A stretch of 64,000 bases of DNA from positions 496,001 through 560,000 of the forward strand of contig NW_026515679.1 in assembly GCF_025526975.1 (NCBI RefSeq). Direction: 5' to 3'. Below the pieces are notes generated by a model that had not been told where the DNA came from, made no database searches, and saw only the letters and a program-made list of their open reading frames with translations. The position numbers were made by a program, and so were the translations under genes. The DNA is from Fimicolochytrium jonesii (lineage: Eukaryota). Position 1 is the stretch's first letter. Every line of letters starts with the position of its first letter. This document shows, in pieces, positions 13,071-23,200 of the stretch.

Positions 13071-14198
13071 TCACGTCCGACCCTCCCCGCACTCCACCCA
13101 CCCCTCAATCAACGGCCGTCCCCTCGACTTCTCCCGATTATACATCCCCTTCGACTTTTCAAAATCCGGCTTCACCACAAACTCCCATCTTCTCCCATCC
13201 CCCTCCCGCCGATCAAACACCTGCACATCCACGCTACTCGGCAACATCACCGGACTCTTGAACTGCACGTGATACCGCGCCGGCAATTCGAGGGTGGAAG
13301 CGTCAGGGATGTATGCGGCGGCAGCGGCGGCGACGTATAACCCGTGGGCGATGTTTGATTTGAACCCGAACAGACGGGCCGTGGAGGGGTGGATGTGGAT
13401 GGGGTTGAAGTCGTAGGCGAGTTTGGCGTAGGCGACGCCGGTGGTCGGGGGGAGGGGGATGGGGTGTGTGATGGTTAGCGAGGCGGGGCCGGCTTCCTTC
13501 TCACGATTCGACTCTGGTTCAGAAGGGCCCTTCGAGGCAGATGCGCCCGACTTGCCCAGGACTAGGATGGTGAACACGCAATCCCAAACCAGCACCCCGT
13601 CCAGAAACACCGAGATCAACTGATCGAGCTCCGTCCCGCGCCTGGCGGCGCGGATCTCGGTGAGCTTGCACACCGCTTCCAGTCCTTCCGCACCAGTGCA
13701 TTCCCTCACAGTCAGATGGCGGTAGACGGTGATCCGATTCCGCACATTCAACGCCCCCAGAGCTGCGTACGGGAAGTCAGGGTGCGATAGGAACAGCACC
13801 TGCAGGAACCCCGCAACGGCGTTCAAGTAGAACGGCGGGAGAACATCATCATCTGCGATCTCGCTGCTTCGGCCAGGCCGAATCAACCCAACATACCGCT
13901 CCAAATGCACCCGGTCAACCACCACCGGAGATGTAATCTCAATCCCCTTCGCCCTCCTAGCCGCGACCTCAGACCGCGCTGGTTTGCGGAGGTTGAGCCC
14001 GATGGCTTTGAGGAAGATGCGGGTGTAGGCGCGCAGGAGTTCGGAAGGGAGGGTGTAGGGGCTTCTGAGCGAGGTGGGTGAGAGGTGGATTTGGGGGGAG
14101 GAGATGAGGGTTGCGATATAGAGGTGGTAGTAGAAGGCGAGGAAGAGGAGGATGAGCAAGAGGTAGAGGAGCATGATGGGAGAGGGCTTGCTGCCCAA
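13071..14198 (-). CDS. MaoC-like (hot-dog fold) dehydratase with an N-terminal hydrophobic segment, intronless
   Basis: 375-aa ORF with YAKLAYDFNPIHIHPSTARLFGFKSNIAHGLY and VQFKSPVMLPS, the hydratase-2/MaoC motif. Confidence 0.85.
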   Translation of the reverse strand: MGSKPSPIMLLYLLLILLFLAFYYHLYIATLISSPQIHLSPTSLRSPYTLPSELLRAYTRIFLKAIGLNLRKPARSEVAARRAKGIEITSPVVVDRVHLERYVGLIRPGRSSEIADDDVLPPFYLNAVAGFLQVLFLSHPDFPYAALGALNVRNRITVYRHLTVRECTGAEGLEAVCKLTEIRAARRGTELDQLISVFLDGVLVWDCVFTILVLGKSGASASKGPSEPESNREKEAGPASLTITHPIPLPPTTGVAYAKLAYDFNPIHIHPSTARLFGFKSNIAHGLYVAAAAAAYIPDASTLELPARYHVQFKSPVMLPSSVDVQVFDRREGDGRRWEFVVKPDFEKSKGMYNREKSRGRPLIEGWVECGEGRT

Positions 14199-14747
14199 CG
14201 GTTTGGGGCTTCACAATTCAGTTTGTCGCGCATTGTGTTCCGTTGCGAAGTCGAACAATCCGAGCACAAAGCTAACAATAGCTCCCACTGCCCCCATACC
14301 GGTGGTAACGACAGATTCATGATTGAATTCAGTTTTTTTCTCCAAAAACTGGCAGCAACATCAATCAGGTTGAATCAAGGACTTGTCTTTGGAACAATGT
14401 GCACAGAGAAAGCGTACAAGGGAGCATCATTGAATCGGGAGTCTTTTCTTAGAACCACCAAGAATTCGAGACATGAAGCCTGACAACCACAGACCGGAAG
14501 ATGGGTGTTGGGAAGTCCGGTTGCGATCAACGAAATCTGACAAGTCCCTCTATTTCGAAAGAATGTTCTGTGTATCTAGTGTACGTCAACCTTAAAAATC
14601 CATCTACAACTCCAAGGACCATCATGAAAACCAGCATAATGGTCTACGGCGCCCGCGGCTTAGCATCTCGCAAAAAATGTTTATGCGCAAACCGTGCCCA
14701 CAGTCGAGTGTGTTTCCTTCTATGTAATTCCGCCCTGAAAGAACATC

Positions 14748-16156
14748 TCAAACGACAGTCATAAACAGTCCGACGGGCAGACCTGCCATTATCGCAGCGA
14801 GAAAGCTGTGGCTGCTCAACGTCCAGGTTGTCGCGGTTCCGGAAGACTTTTTGTCCGAAACTGACCCCTGGGTAGTGGAGGCGGCGGCACCAGAGGACCC
14901 AGTAGTGGGCGCACCGGAGGGTGTTTTACTGGCATCCGCCCCAGGAGGGCGGAATCCTGGCGGTAGAGTAGTAGCGTTCACAACATCGATGGTGCCCGGG
15001 ATCGGCAATGTACAGTATCCGAATTCAAGGGGGTCATTGGCACCGGCCGATGCCCCAGAAGGACATTTGTCGGGAACCAATGTTGAATTCCGTTCGCATT
15101 GCGTGCAGTCGTCGTTGCATCTCTGCAAAATCGTGGCGACGCCCTTCGAGTCGCATGTGAATTTGCGCCAGTACTTCTTGCCCATGTAGACATCTGAGAT
15201 GCAGGAGTTCCCGGCATATCTAAGAGAGATGAAGGAGTTCCCGGCATAGCTAAGAGAGATGTCGAAAGGACCATCACATCCTGTTGGCCTGAGAGAATGA
15301 ATGTATGAGCTTTTGGCACACTCATAATTGGACGGTTGGATGGTTGAAACAATACCCTGCTCGCCGCTCGCGACAAGGAAGTTGGGCGTGGGTGAGGGGA
15401 GTATTGCGGCTTTGGCGCAATGTAGGTGCTCGCTTCGCTCGCAAAAGATCTGACGCTTGCTGAGCTCGCTAAGAAACCCGGTGAGGGGAGTATTGCGCCT
15501 TTGGCGCCATGTGGCTCGCTCCGCTGGCGAAGGCGTTCGCTTGGTCAAAATCAAAACTCACCCGACCTGGGAAGAGACGATATAAGGACGGTTGGCTGCA
15601 GCGGAATCCTTGAGGATTTCGTCTGGGAACAGACTGGGCTTTGGGCCGGACGGCGTTCCGGCGTGCGGCAGCGTGGTCCAGTCGCCAACGAGTTTCTGAA
15701 GGTACGACCCCGTCTCCTGCGTCTGGTCACCGGCGCGGCAAACGCCGAGAAAGTTGAGCATGTTGCAGCGGTCTGGTCCCGCAGCGGCGTTCGTGCTTGT
15801 TAGGGACGGCTCTCCGGAAGCCACGTAGGTGGTGTAGCAGTCGGACAGGCTGGTGTCCCATACGTACTTTGTCGTAGAGTCGGGACCGACGGGCGTGAGA
15901 ATGACATTTGGAATGCCTTTTTCACACAGGCGGTGAAGATACGTTAGAAGTCTGCGTGCACTGCGAATGCAGTTCTGTTGTACTGTCGCCAGACTCTCTC
16001 TCTCTCTCTCAACTCACCTGTGCAGTCTGCCGAGTCATACCAAAGCCCTAGAATTGACTTGTAGGGAGCCGTGCCGTTCGTCTGAGCGCGTGCGAGAGGG
16101 ACCGAGAAGGCGACAGCCGTTGCAGCGACGGTGGACAAGAGCGAGAGCCTCATCAT
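14748..16156 (-). CDS. Secreted, probably GPI-anchored Cys-rich cell-surface protein, multi-exon
   Basis: Signal peptide MMRLSLLSTVAATAVAFSVPLARA, Cys-rich domains, Ser/Thr-rich stalk and hydrophobic C-terminus. Intron 15289-15561 restores the frame (SQVG|PTGC). Confidence 0.7.
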
Positions 16157-17554
16157 TATTGTTGCGAGCGAAGGTGGATACTGTATGGATATTGGAGAGA
16201 GCGTGAGGAAGTGGGTTTGGGCGAGGCTCTTGCCTTCTTGTAGCCGACGAGCCGAGCCGTTTGAGCTCGGTAGATGGGATAATGGAACATCAGCCCGGCC
16301 GTTTAGGTTTCCAACGTCCACAACCACACGCGTTTCCGTCATCTCACCGAGAATTCTATTCCACGTGAGCCATAACGTAGTAGCCAGAACGCGTCGATGG
16401 CTTACATGAGACGCATAACCGTTGACATTTTGCTCCTTTAGTAACCATCATCTTCATGATAGGAACCAACCACTACTTCTCCGCCGATATGACCTCGCTC
16501 AAGTCCGGAACCGCCAATCGCAAAGAGCGCACCCCTCGTGGACCGGCAGTCCGAAGCCCTACAGCTGTACGGCAACGTTTCGACACAATCGACACGTGCC
16601 AGCTATCGCCTGAATCCGGATAGCTGGCACGTTTGTTTGGATCGCTCCTGTGAGGAACCTATCTCCCGCTTTCGACAGAGCCGAGTATCAGAAGGCAGTC
16701 ATCCATCTTGGTACGGACGGACATCAAGACCTGGCCAATGTCAACACGGGCAACCAAACCTTGGAGTTTGCCGAAAGCTCCGCGCATACCCTGCTGCAAC
16801 CTATCATCATTGCATGGCAGAAAGTGTGAGTATCAACCTTGGGAATGATTGCGCAAGCCAACTATTTGCCGCTCTCAACCAAAGCGATCCACGTAGGAGT
16901 TGACTCGCTCACGGACGGCTGCGTGTATCCTATAGCTTTTTTCGGAGTTGAAATCTTCGGAATCACAAGCCGAGCCAACTTTATCGTGACGTTCGATGTC
17001 ACCAAGCGACAAATCAACGGTTCGCGGTCCAATGAAGAGGTCGAAAAACAGCTTGCAGACTTTTTTCAGGGCCGCGAAACGTTGATTTGTCGCTTGGTGG
17101 TAATATTCGCCGCGTCGACCAGGTCCCAGACGATCACCAGTTCCTCCTTTGAAGAGACTGCCGCCTCCAGACTAAGACCGAGAATCTCTGACTCCTGGAG
17201 AAACTTTGCGATAGCCTCTACTCTTTTGACCATATTGGACCACGTCCGCCTCTACACGTCTGCTGCAACCTGTCCATCAACTTTTGATGGTCTTCTTTTG
17301 CCTTAGCGCGGTTGTTATCGTATCTCTTCTGAAGCGCGGAGTCTACGGCCTTGGCGCGGGCCAGCAGCGAATAGTAAAGAGTAGTAGCGTCTGTCTGGAG
17401 CTTCGAAGAGGCCGAAGAGGAGGAGACGAAAGAGGGTAACCCGAGGGTGAGGGACAAACGTTATCGGGTAGCATTGGACAACAAAGAACCCAAAGTGAGC
17501 TACTCTGTAATAGATATAGGTTTCTGGTGTGCGAGCCAGTGGCGCGCTTTCAAC

Positions 17555-17711
17555 TCATCCCGACCAAGGTAGTTGTGCATGTGCGTGGCGCGAGCAATGC
17601 GGTAGACACCCGAGTCGAAGTGCGTAGTTGCCGGAGAGGGCGGCCGCTATCGCTATGGCCAGCTATCCCGCCGCCTATGGTGAGTACGTCGTGGACAACC
17701 GGATTGGTCAT
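17555..17711 (-). pseudogene. Fragment of a GliT-like / thioredoxin-reductase-family FAD oxidoreductase
   Basis: MTNPVVHDVLTIGGGIAG (Rossmann GxGxxG), then after a frameshift FDSGVYRIARATHMHNYLGRD. No recognisable continuation. Confidence 0.7.
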
Positions 17712-18361
17712 CGTATTGATATCAAAGGTGTTGGGCTTTTGGCGTTGGGACAGGCCGAGAACGCGGTTCTGGTGCTCAAACTTGTTCCAGACAATTTCGG
17801 TTTTCGGGTTTGCACGACAATGGACGCGCTGCAGGTCCCCCATTGTTTCAAATAGTGACCGCATTTCGACAGCAGCCGCGGTTCTCCTGGTGCGGCGTGT
17901 CGGTTTCATCGCAAACAAACCATCCTGTCTGCAACTGCTGTGCACCACACATCGCCAAGAAGCGTTCGCCGGGGGCGTTTTTTTCCATTGGAAATCCGCG
18001 ACACTGCACGACCCACGGGAGAACGACGATGGGGGCTTCTGCTGTCACTGGTTCTCAGTACTTGCGGTAGGACTCCGATAGGAGTACGTGGGACGGGATG
18101 GGATCGTTTCAACCAGCCCTCATGGGCACAGCGTCGTCCGCACATGTTACGGAAGTATTGATGGGAGTTCAGAGTGGACAAGTATAGGAGCAGAGGCAGC
18201 CGTGAGAACTCTGCATCTTATAAAAGCCCAAGACAGAGTGGGAAGACCGCCACCTCATTCGTCTCTCGCCACTCCCTCATAAACAACGGAAGTTCCTACA
18301 TTTGGAGCAACGCTGCATCTCCCTCAAGTGTAAAACCCACCCAAGTCACAACCTTTCAACC

Positions 18362-19388
18362 ATGCTCGCCCTGAAATCCGTCCTGCCGTTCGCGCTCCTC
18401 GCCCTCGCCTCCTTCACCTACGCACAAGACATCAACGCCATCCGATGCCAGAACGGTCAAGCCGCCCAAGCCGCTGACCAGGCCAAAGCCAGCATCAGCG
18501 CCTCCTCTGCCTGCAACACGGGCGACGTCGCGTGTGTCGGCGACAAATTTGGCCAATGCGTGGGAAGCAAGTTTGTCACGACTGCGTGTGCAGGCGGACT
18601 CAAATGCCAAGTTCTGCCTCTCGTGAACAAAGCGGGAACCTCCGTTGCGTGTACGTCCGATACCGACAAGAGTGCTCGTATCTCCGCTTCCCTCGCGAGC
18701 TGCAATGGCAATGCCGGCGGTAAACAAGCTGCCGGCCAGGGTAAACAGCCAACGAAAGCCCCTGCCAAGCCTGCTGCCGCGCCAGCTCCCGCCCCTGCTG
18801 CGGGAGGTGCCGCTTCTGGACCCAATGGCGCCGGCAACAAGAAGGCTACGCAGTTCATCACCGGTCCTTGCTCGTCGGACGCCGATTGCGCATCGGGATG
18901 CTGTGGATTCAGGACGGGCAAGTGCGCGGGTCCGGTCATTGCCCAAGAACGCGACGGTGGTTGTGGGTTCGGTGATGCTCAGCCCAATGGTACGTCCTCA
19001 ACTTTTCCCACCCATTTTCGTACATTGTACATAAGTCCGTTGTCTAACTCGATTTCTTCGGCTCACAGACAGAGCCGCCCGCATCTTCCGCGGCCAATCT
19101 CCCGCTCCTGCGCCGGCGGCCCCAGCGGCCCCGGCCCCCGCCAAACCCCAAAAGCAAGCACCACCGCCACAACAGGCGCCTGCCACAGGTGGGGCCGTGA
19201 CGAAGAAGGGCACCCAATTCATCACCGGCAAATGCGCCTCGGACTCCGACTGTGCCTCCCAATGCTGCGGGTTCAAGTCCGGTAAGTGCGCTGGCCCCGT
19301 CATCGCGCAGGAACGTGATGGCGGGTGCGGGTTTGGAGACGCTCAACCCAACGACCGCGCTGCCCGTATCTTCCGTGGCCAAGCTTAA
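18362..19388 (+). CDS. Secreted Cys-rich protein: CBM19-like domain plus two BAS2-like repeats, one intron
   Basis: Signal peptide; ACVGDKFGQCVGSKFVTTACAGGLKCQVLPLVNKAGTSVACT; two copies of QFITGxCxSDxDCASxCCGFxxGKCAGPVIAQERDGGCGFG separated by Ala/Pro linkers. TATAAA near 18219. Confidence 0.8.
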
Positions 19389-20315
19389 GTTCTCCGACGA
19401 CAGGGACATGAAGTTTTAGAACATCTGTACATACCTGATACATAGCCGCATTTGTAGAGTTTCCCCCACACCGAAGCGGTTTTCTTTCTTGAAGAGAGGC
19501 TTCTCCGTGTATATATATCATCGCTGCTCCTGTAGATAATACAATTTTCATCCCATTTGGTGTGCGAGGAACTAAGCAGCGGAACAAAGCAGCGGTGATG
19601 CTGAAAGGTGTGGGCACCGTGCCAAAGGTGCAAACGAGGTATCACAGAAGGTTCGAATGGGTTATCTACAAACACAGACAGCGGCAGCAGTGGATTGATA
19701 GATACGGATCCTAGCGAAGGGAAAAATGAACCAGGCTAGGGGGAGGCTAAGACTCGGAGTCCACACCCTTTCTGCATAGTTCTATCGAAAGGCTCATCCC
19801 ATCGTTAACGGGTATGTACGCCGACACCGCCCTCCCGCTCGAGCTTCTTGTAGTACTGTACTTCCATGCACACACAGCAGTGCCGACGTTAAATAAAATC
19901 GACAGCATGATGCCAAGTTCAGTAAAGCAGGACAATATAGCTGCTCCAACATTGTCACCATCTCGTCGTCCATTCCAACGCCTTTCAACCGCCAGATTAA
20001 AGTGTCTTGGTATGATTTGCATGTGTTTAGCAACACAACGGTGCGGTAGATTATGACGACGACGTTCAGTACCGACTGGTTAAACATGAACCAGGCAAAG
20101 CGACGGACGCCGGTCGAGGCCGTGGAGATTCCGCTCTGCGTCCGAGGGTCCGGGGCGTTTCCCGTGAATGAGAGCCAGCCGATGGATGAAAATGCACGTC
20201 CACCTGAAGAACATGGCCAAAAACGGGATGGTGTGATCTGTTTGGACAAGTAGACAACAACGCTAATCCCGCAGCTACTTGAGTTTCCGATGCTGGGCGA
20301 TAGACATGACAGTGT

Positions 20316-21338
20316 CTAAGGAGCCACTTGAATCTGCTCAACTTTCCGTTTCCCCTTACAATTCGCCTTAAAGAGTGAGACATGAGGATTCTGATCGTAA
20401 AAGAACCGCAGAGGCTTGTCCTTCCATTCAGCAGCATAATCTATCCCGATTCGCGGGCCCGCCTGTATCGCTATAGCTGTCTCTTCCGAAGCCTCGTCAA
20501 CAACTCCGACGTCTTCAAAGTACAATCCAGCGTCGGTACACGTCATGTCCACCCCATTTTGTGCCAAGTCGATCCCCATCGCCTGACACAGTTTCGCTGG
20601 TCCCGAGCACAGATCAGCCTCTCGCATTTCCTTCACATGCTTGACTGCAGCCGTTTCCCCACCGACGGCTTCTGCCTTTCGTTTCCGCGTGCTCCGTAAC
20701 GTCCGCATCGTTGCGACGCTCTCCACCTCTGGCTGCAGGGCTCGAATAAGCACCGCCTCTGGATAGCTTTCGGACCCGCAGACCACGTTGAGCATATGAT
20801 GCATGCCATACGTAAAGTAAACATACGCGTGGCCTTTAGGCCCATATATGATCTCCGTGCGCTTCGTCCGTCGGCCGGCATAAATATGGCAGGCCTTGTC
20901 ATCTTCTCCACAGTATGCCTCCGTTTCGACGATGATGCCCGTGAGACGCATGGTTTCGTTCGAGGAGGGTAGGAGCCGGACAAGACGCTTTCCGAGGAGA
21001 TCGCGGGCGACTGCTTCAGCTGGCCTCTGGAAGAACGACCGAGGGACGACGGGGTTGGCGGCGCTGCTGGCATCCGTCGCGGCAAGTGGTGGGCACTCAT
21101 TGGGAGCACTTTGAACTGGAAGGGTGCCGACCTGCTTCTCAGCTTCGAGCACTTCAAACGGCACCAGTTGCTCGATCTCCTTGCCCGTATCAGGCCCCGC
21201 CTGGTGATCTTCGTACGCCACTGCTCTGTTCCTCGGGCGCAGCGACGGTGATGCGACTGGCCCATAATCCGTCCCAGCTCGCCTGCTCCGTCGGAGAGGA
21301 AGTCCGGGAGCGTCCGTTGGACTTTTTCGTTTGGTCAT
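20316..21338 (-). CDS. MPG: 3-methyladenine DNA glycosylase (MPG/AAG family), intronless
   Basis: VARDLLGKRLV, GIIVETEAYCG, GHAYVYFTYGMHHMLNVV, AVLIRALQP, LCSGPAKLCQAMGI, GPRIGI. Basic NLS-like termini. Confidence 0.93.
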   Translation of the reverse strand: MTKRKSPTDAPGLPLRRSRRAGTDYGPVASPSLRPRNRAVAYEDHQAGPDTGKEIEQLVPFEVLEAEKQVGTLPVQSAPNECPPLAATDASSAANPVVPRSFFQRPAEAVARDLLGKRLVRLLPSSNETMRLTGIIVETEAYCGEDDKACHIYAGRRTKRTEIIYGPKGHAYVYFTYGMHHMLNVVCGSESYPEAVLIRALQPEVESVATMRTLRSTRKRKAEAVGGETAAVKHVKEMREADLCSGPAKLCQAMGIDLAQNGVDMTCTDAGLYFEDVGVVDEASEETAIAIQAGPRIGIDYAAEWKDKPLRFFYDQNPHVSLFKANCKGKRKVEQIQVAP

Positions 21339-21389
21339 CTCGTCTAGCCTTGGTCCCAGGAAAGAGACAGAGGGTGCCTTTGCGAACGA

Positions 21390-21600
21390 GAACGACAGGA
21401 AAGCGGTACCTGGAAGGTACCGTCAGAGAACTCTTATCCCTCGTAGTCTGGACCTGATTCCGAACGACAACCGAGAAAATGACTCTTAGATGAGGTTGAT
21501 AAGAAAGCGAGGGAATGAACGAGAGGGAAGCGGCACCTGGAGGCTACCCTCTCAAAGCTCTTATTCCTTGTGCTCTATACCTGAGTCTGGACTACGGTCG
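21390..21600. repeat. Diverged direct repeat, two 84-nt copies (21390-21473 and 21517-21600)
   Basis: Ungapped alignment, 61/84 identities by hand count (GAACGACAGGAAAGCGGTACCTGG.. vs GAACGAGAGGGAAGCGGCACCTGG..). Confidence 0.75.
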
Positions 21601-21780
21601 GAATGTGGATGCCTGACGATTGCCAACCAGATTGCCAACGGAATTCGGCGCGTCCCTTCTTGAAAAGCTTATGCGATGGATTGTACAAGTTGCCATCATC
21701 GGCGACGCCTCAGGCAGAGGTACAATGATGTGGATGGCAGATAACCACCACGGAAAATGGGATGTGGTGAGGATTCTAGA

Positions 21781-23200
21781 CTACCTACGGTTACGGGAGA
21801 ATGCGCCTGGTCTGCGGCCATTGCCAAACACCACCGAACGCACAATCGAGAGGAAATTCTTGGTGCTCAGGACGTCCCGATTGTGCACTCTCATCCGTAG
21901 TCGTAGTGGTCGTCTTCCAGGAATCTCAAATGGCGTCCAGTCTTGGTTGATACATTCAGGGTTGGGGCAACCCACCAATCCATGGACGTATTCCATTCTC
22001 CCCCTTCTAGCTTGCCACGGCCGAGATGACAGCCGCTGTCGGATGTTTTTCCTCACACGCCCGTGGCAGTCTGGGCACACGGAAGACGTTCGATACTCAT
22101 CTAGCAAGTAGCATGGAATGCTGTTTCTTGCAAAGAGTGTGCGGAATCTGATTTCCACGATGAGTTAGCATATTATAGTACATAGTAGGTACTACCAACG
22201 ATAGTCACTCACCCTTTGGTCTTTGATGACTCCTGAAAGCGCATGGTTTTTCCAGCGTCGCTCCAATCACCCAAGATGACCAAAAAATGCTTTCCATACA
22301 GGCGTCGCATGTTCTTGATGAGCTTGCTCTCAGACTTTTGCCGCAGTGAGAACGCCTTGAATCTGCGAGCCACGTGAATCTCATCCTGGTAAAACTCATC
22401 CAGGGCAGGATCTGGGATATGGATGTCGGCCCATGCATTACCAAATTTGAAGACGATGCATGATACATCATACCTGCATGTTCGTAATCCACAATGAACG
22501 CTGAGAACACCTCGATGTTCATGCTCTTGTGCGACGAAATATGTGATTCCATCTCAGCGATGCCGGCATTGATCTTTCGCTCTGTCATGTCTCTTTGAAA
22601 GTACCGAGACTTTGTCTCGACCGCCCGTTGATTGGATGTGTATCTGATACGGGGTGGTGCATTGTGAGAACGCTGCAGCGGAATGTCGAACGAAGGGGAT
22701 CGTGGGGACGGGGACAAATTTCAAAGTGACGTTTTCTTGCGACGGTGACATGTCGTAACATGACCGCAATCTGGCATCTGCGGCATATGTAAACTGCGGA
22801 CGGTCATTGTATTACAGTATGTATTCAGATTTTCTTCCAAGGGCTCCCAACTTCCATACCCAATCTCAAAGTCTAGACTGCGAGCGGCTTTTATGTATTG
22901 ATCTAGTATTTCGGAGGTCATACGCTTGCCCTGCCATCCGGGAAGAGCGCACGCATCCACTCGGTCGCTGGGACGTCACTATGCAACGTGCGGCATCCTA
23001 TGGACAAGTACAAATTCGATTACGGTGAGGTTCGTGCGTAGTGCCCGGCAACCGAACTGGCAGCGATAGGTCTAGGTAGCTGCCCCAATTCTGAAGCGTT
23101 GCGATGCGATGGATGCAGACCGTGCGAATCTCCCGGCGGCTAAGGTGGGGCGGGCCTTCAAGGGACACTAAACCAGCGGCCTGACGTCGTTGCGAGACAC
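21781..23200 (-). mobile_element. Fanzor1 (eukaryotic TnpB) gene remnant with two spliceosomal introns; 3' half in frame, 5' half decayed
   Basis: Spliced translation: IRYTSNQRAVETKSR..SHKSMN..EFY..RQKSESKLIKNMRRLYGKHFLVILGDWSDAGKTMRFQESSKTKG|FRTLFARNSIPCYLLDEYRTSSVCPDC..VHGLVGCPNPEC..NRDVLSTKN..RPGAFSR. Introns at 22412-22473 and 22148-22212. The upstream boundary is approximate. Confidence 0.9.

Noticed and set aside
19794..20022. LLNLASCCRF as an F-box-like fragment
   Set aside because: Too short and degenerate to support a call.
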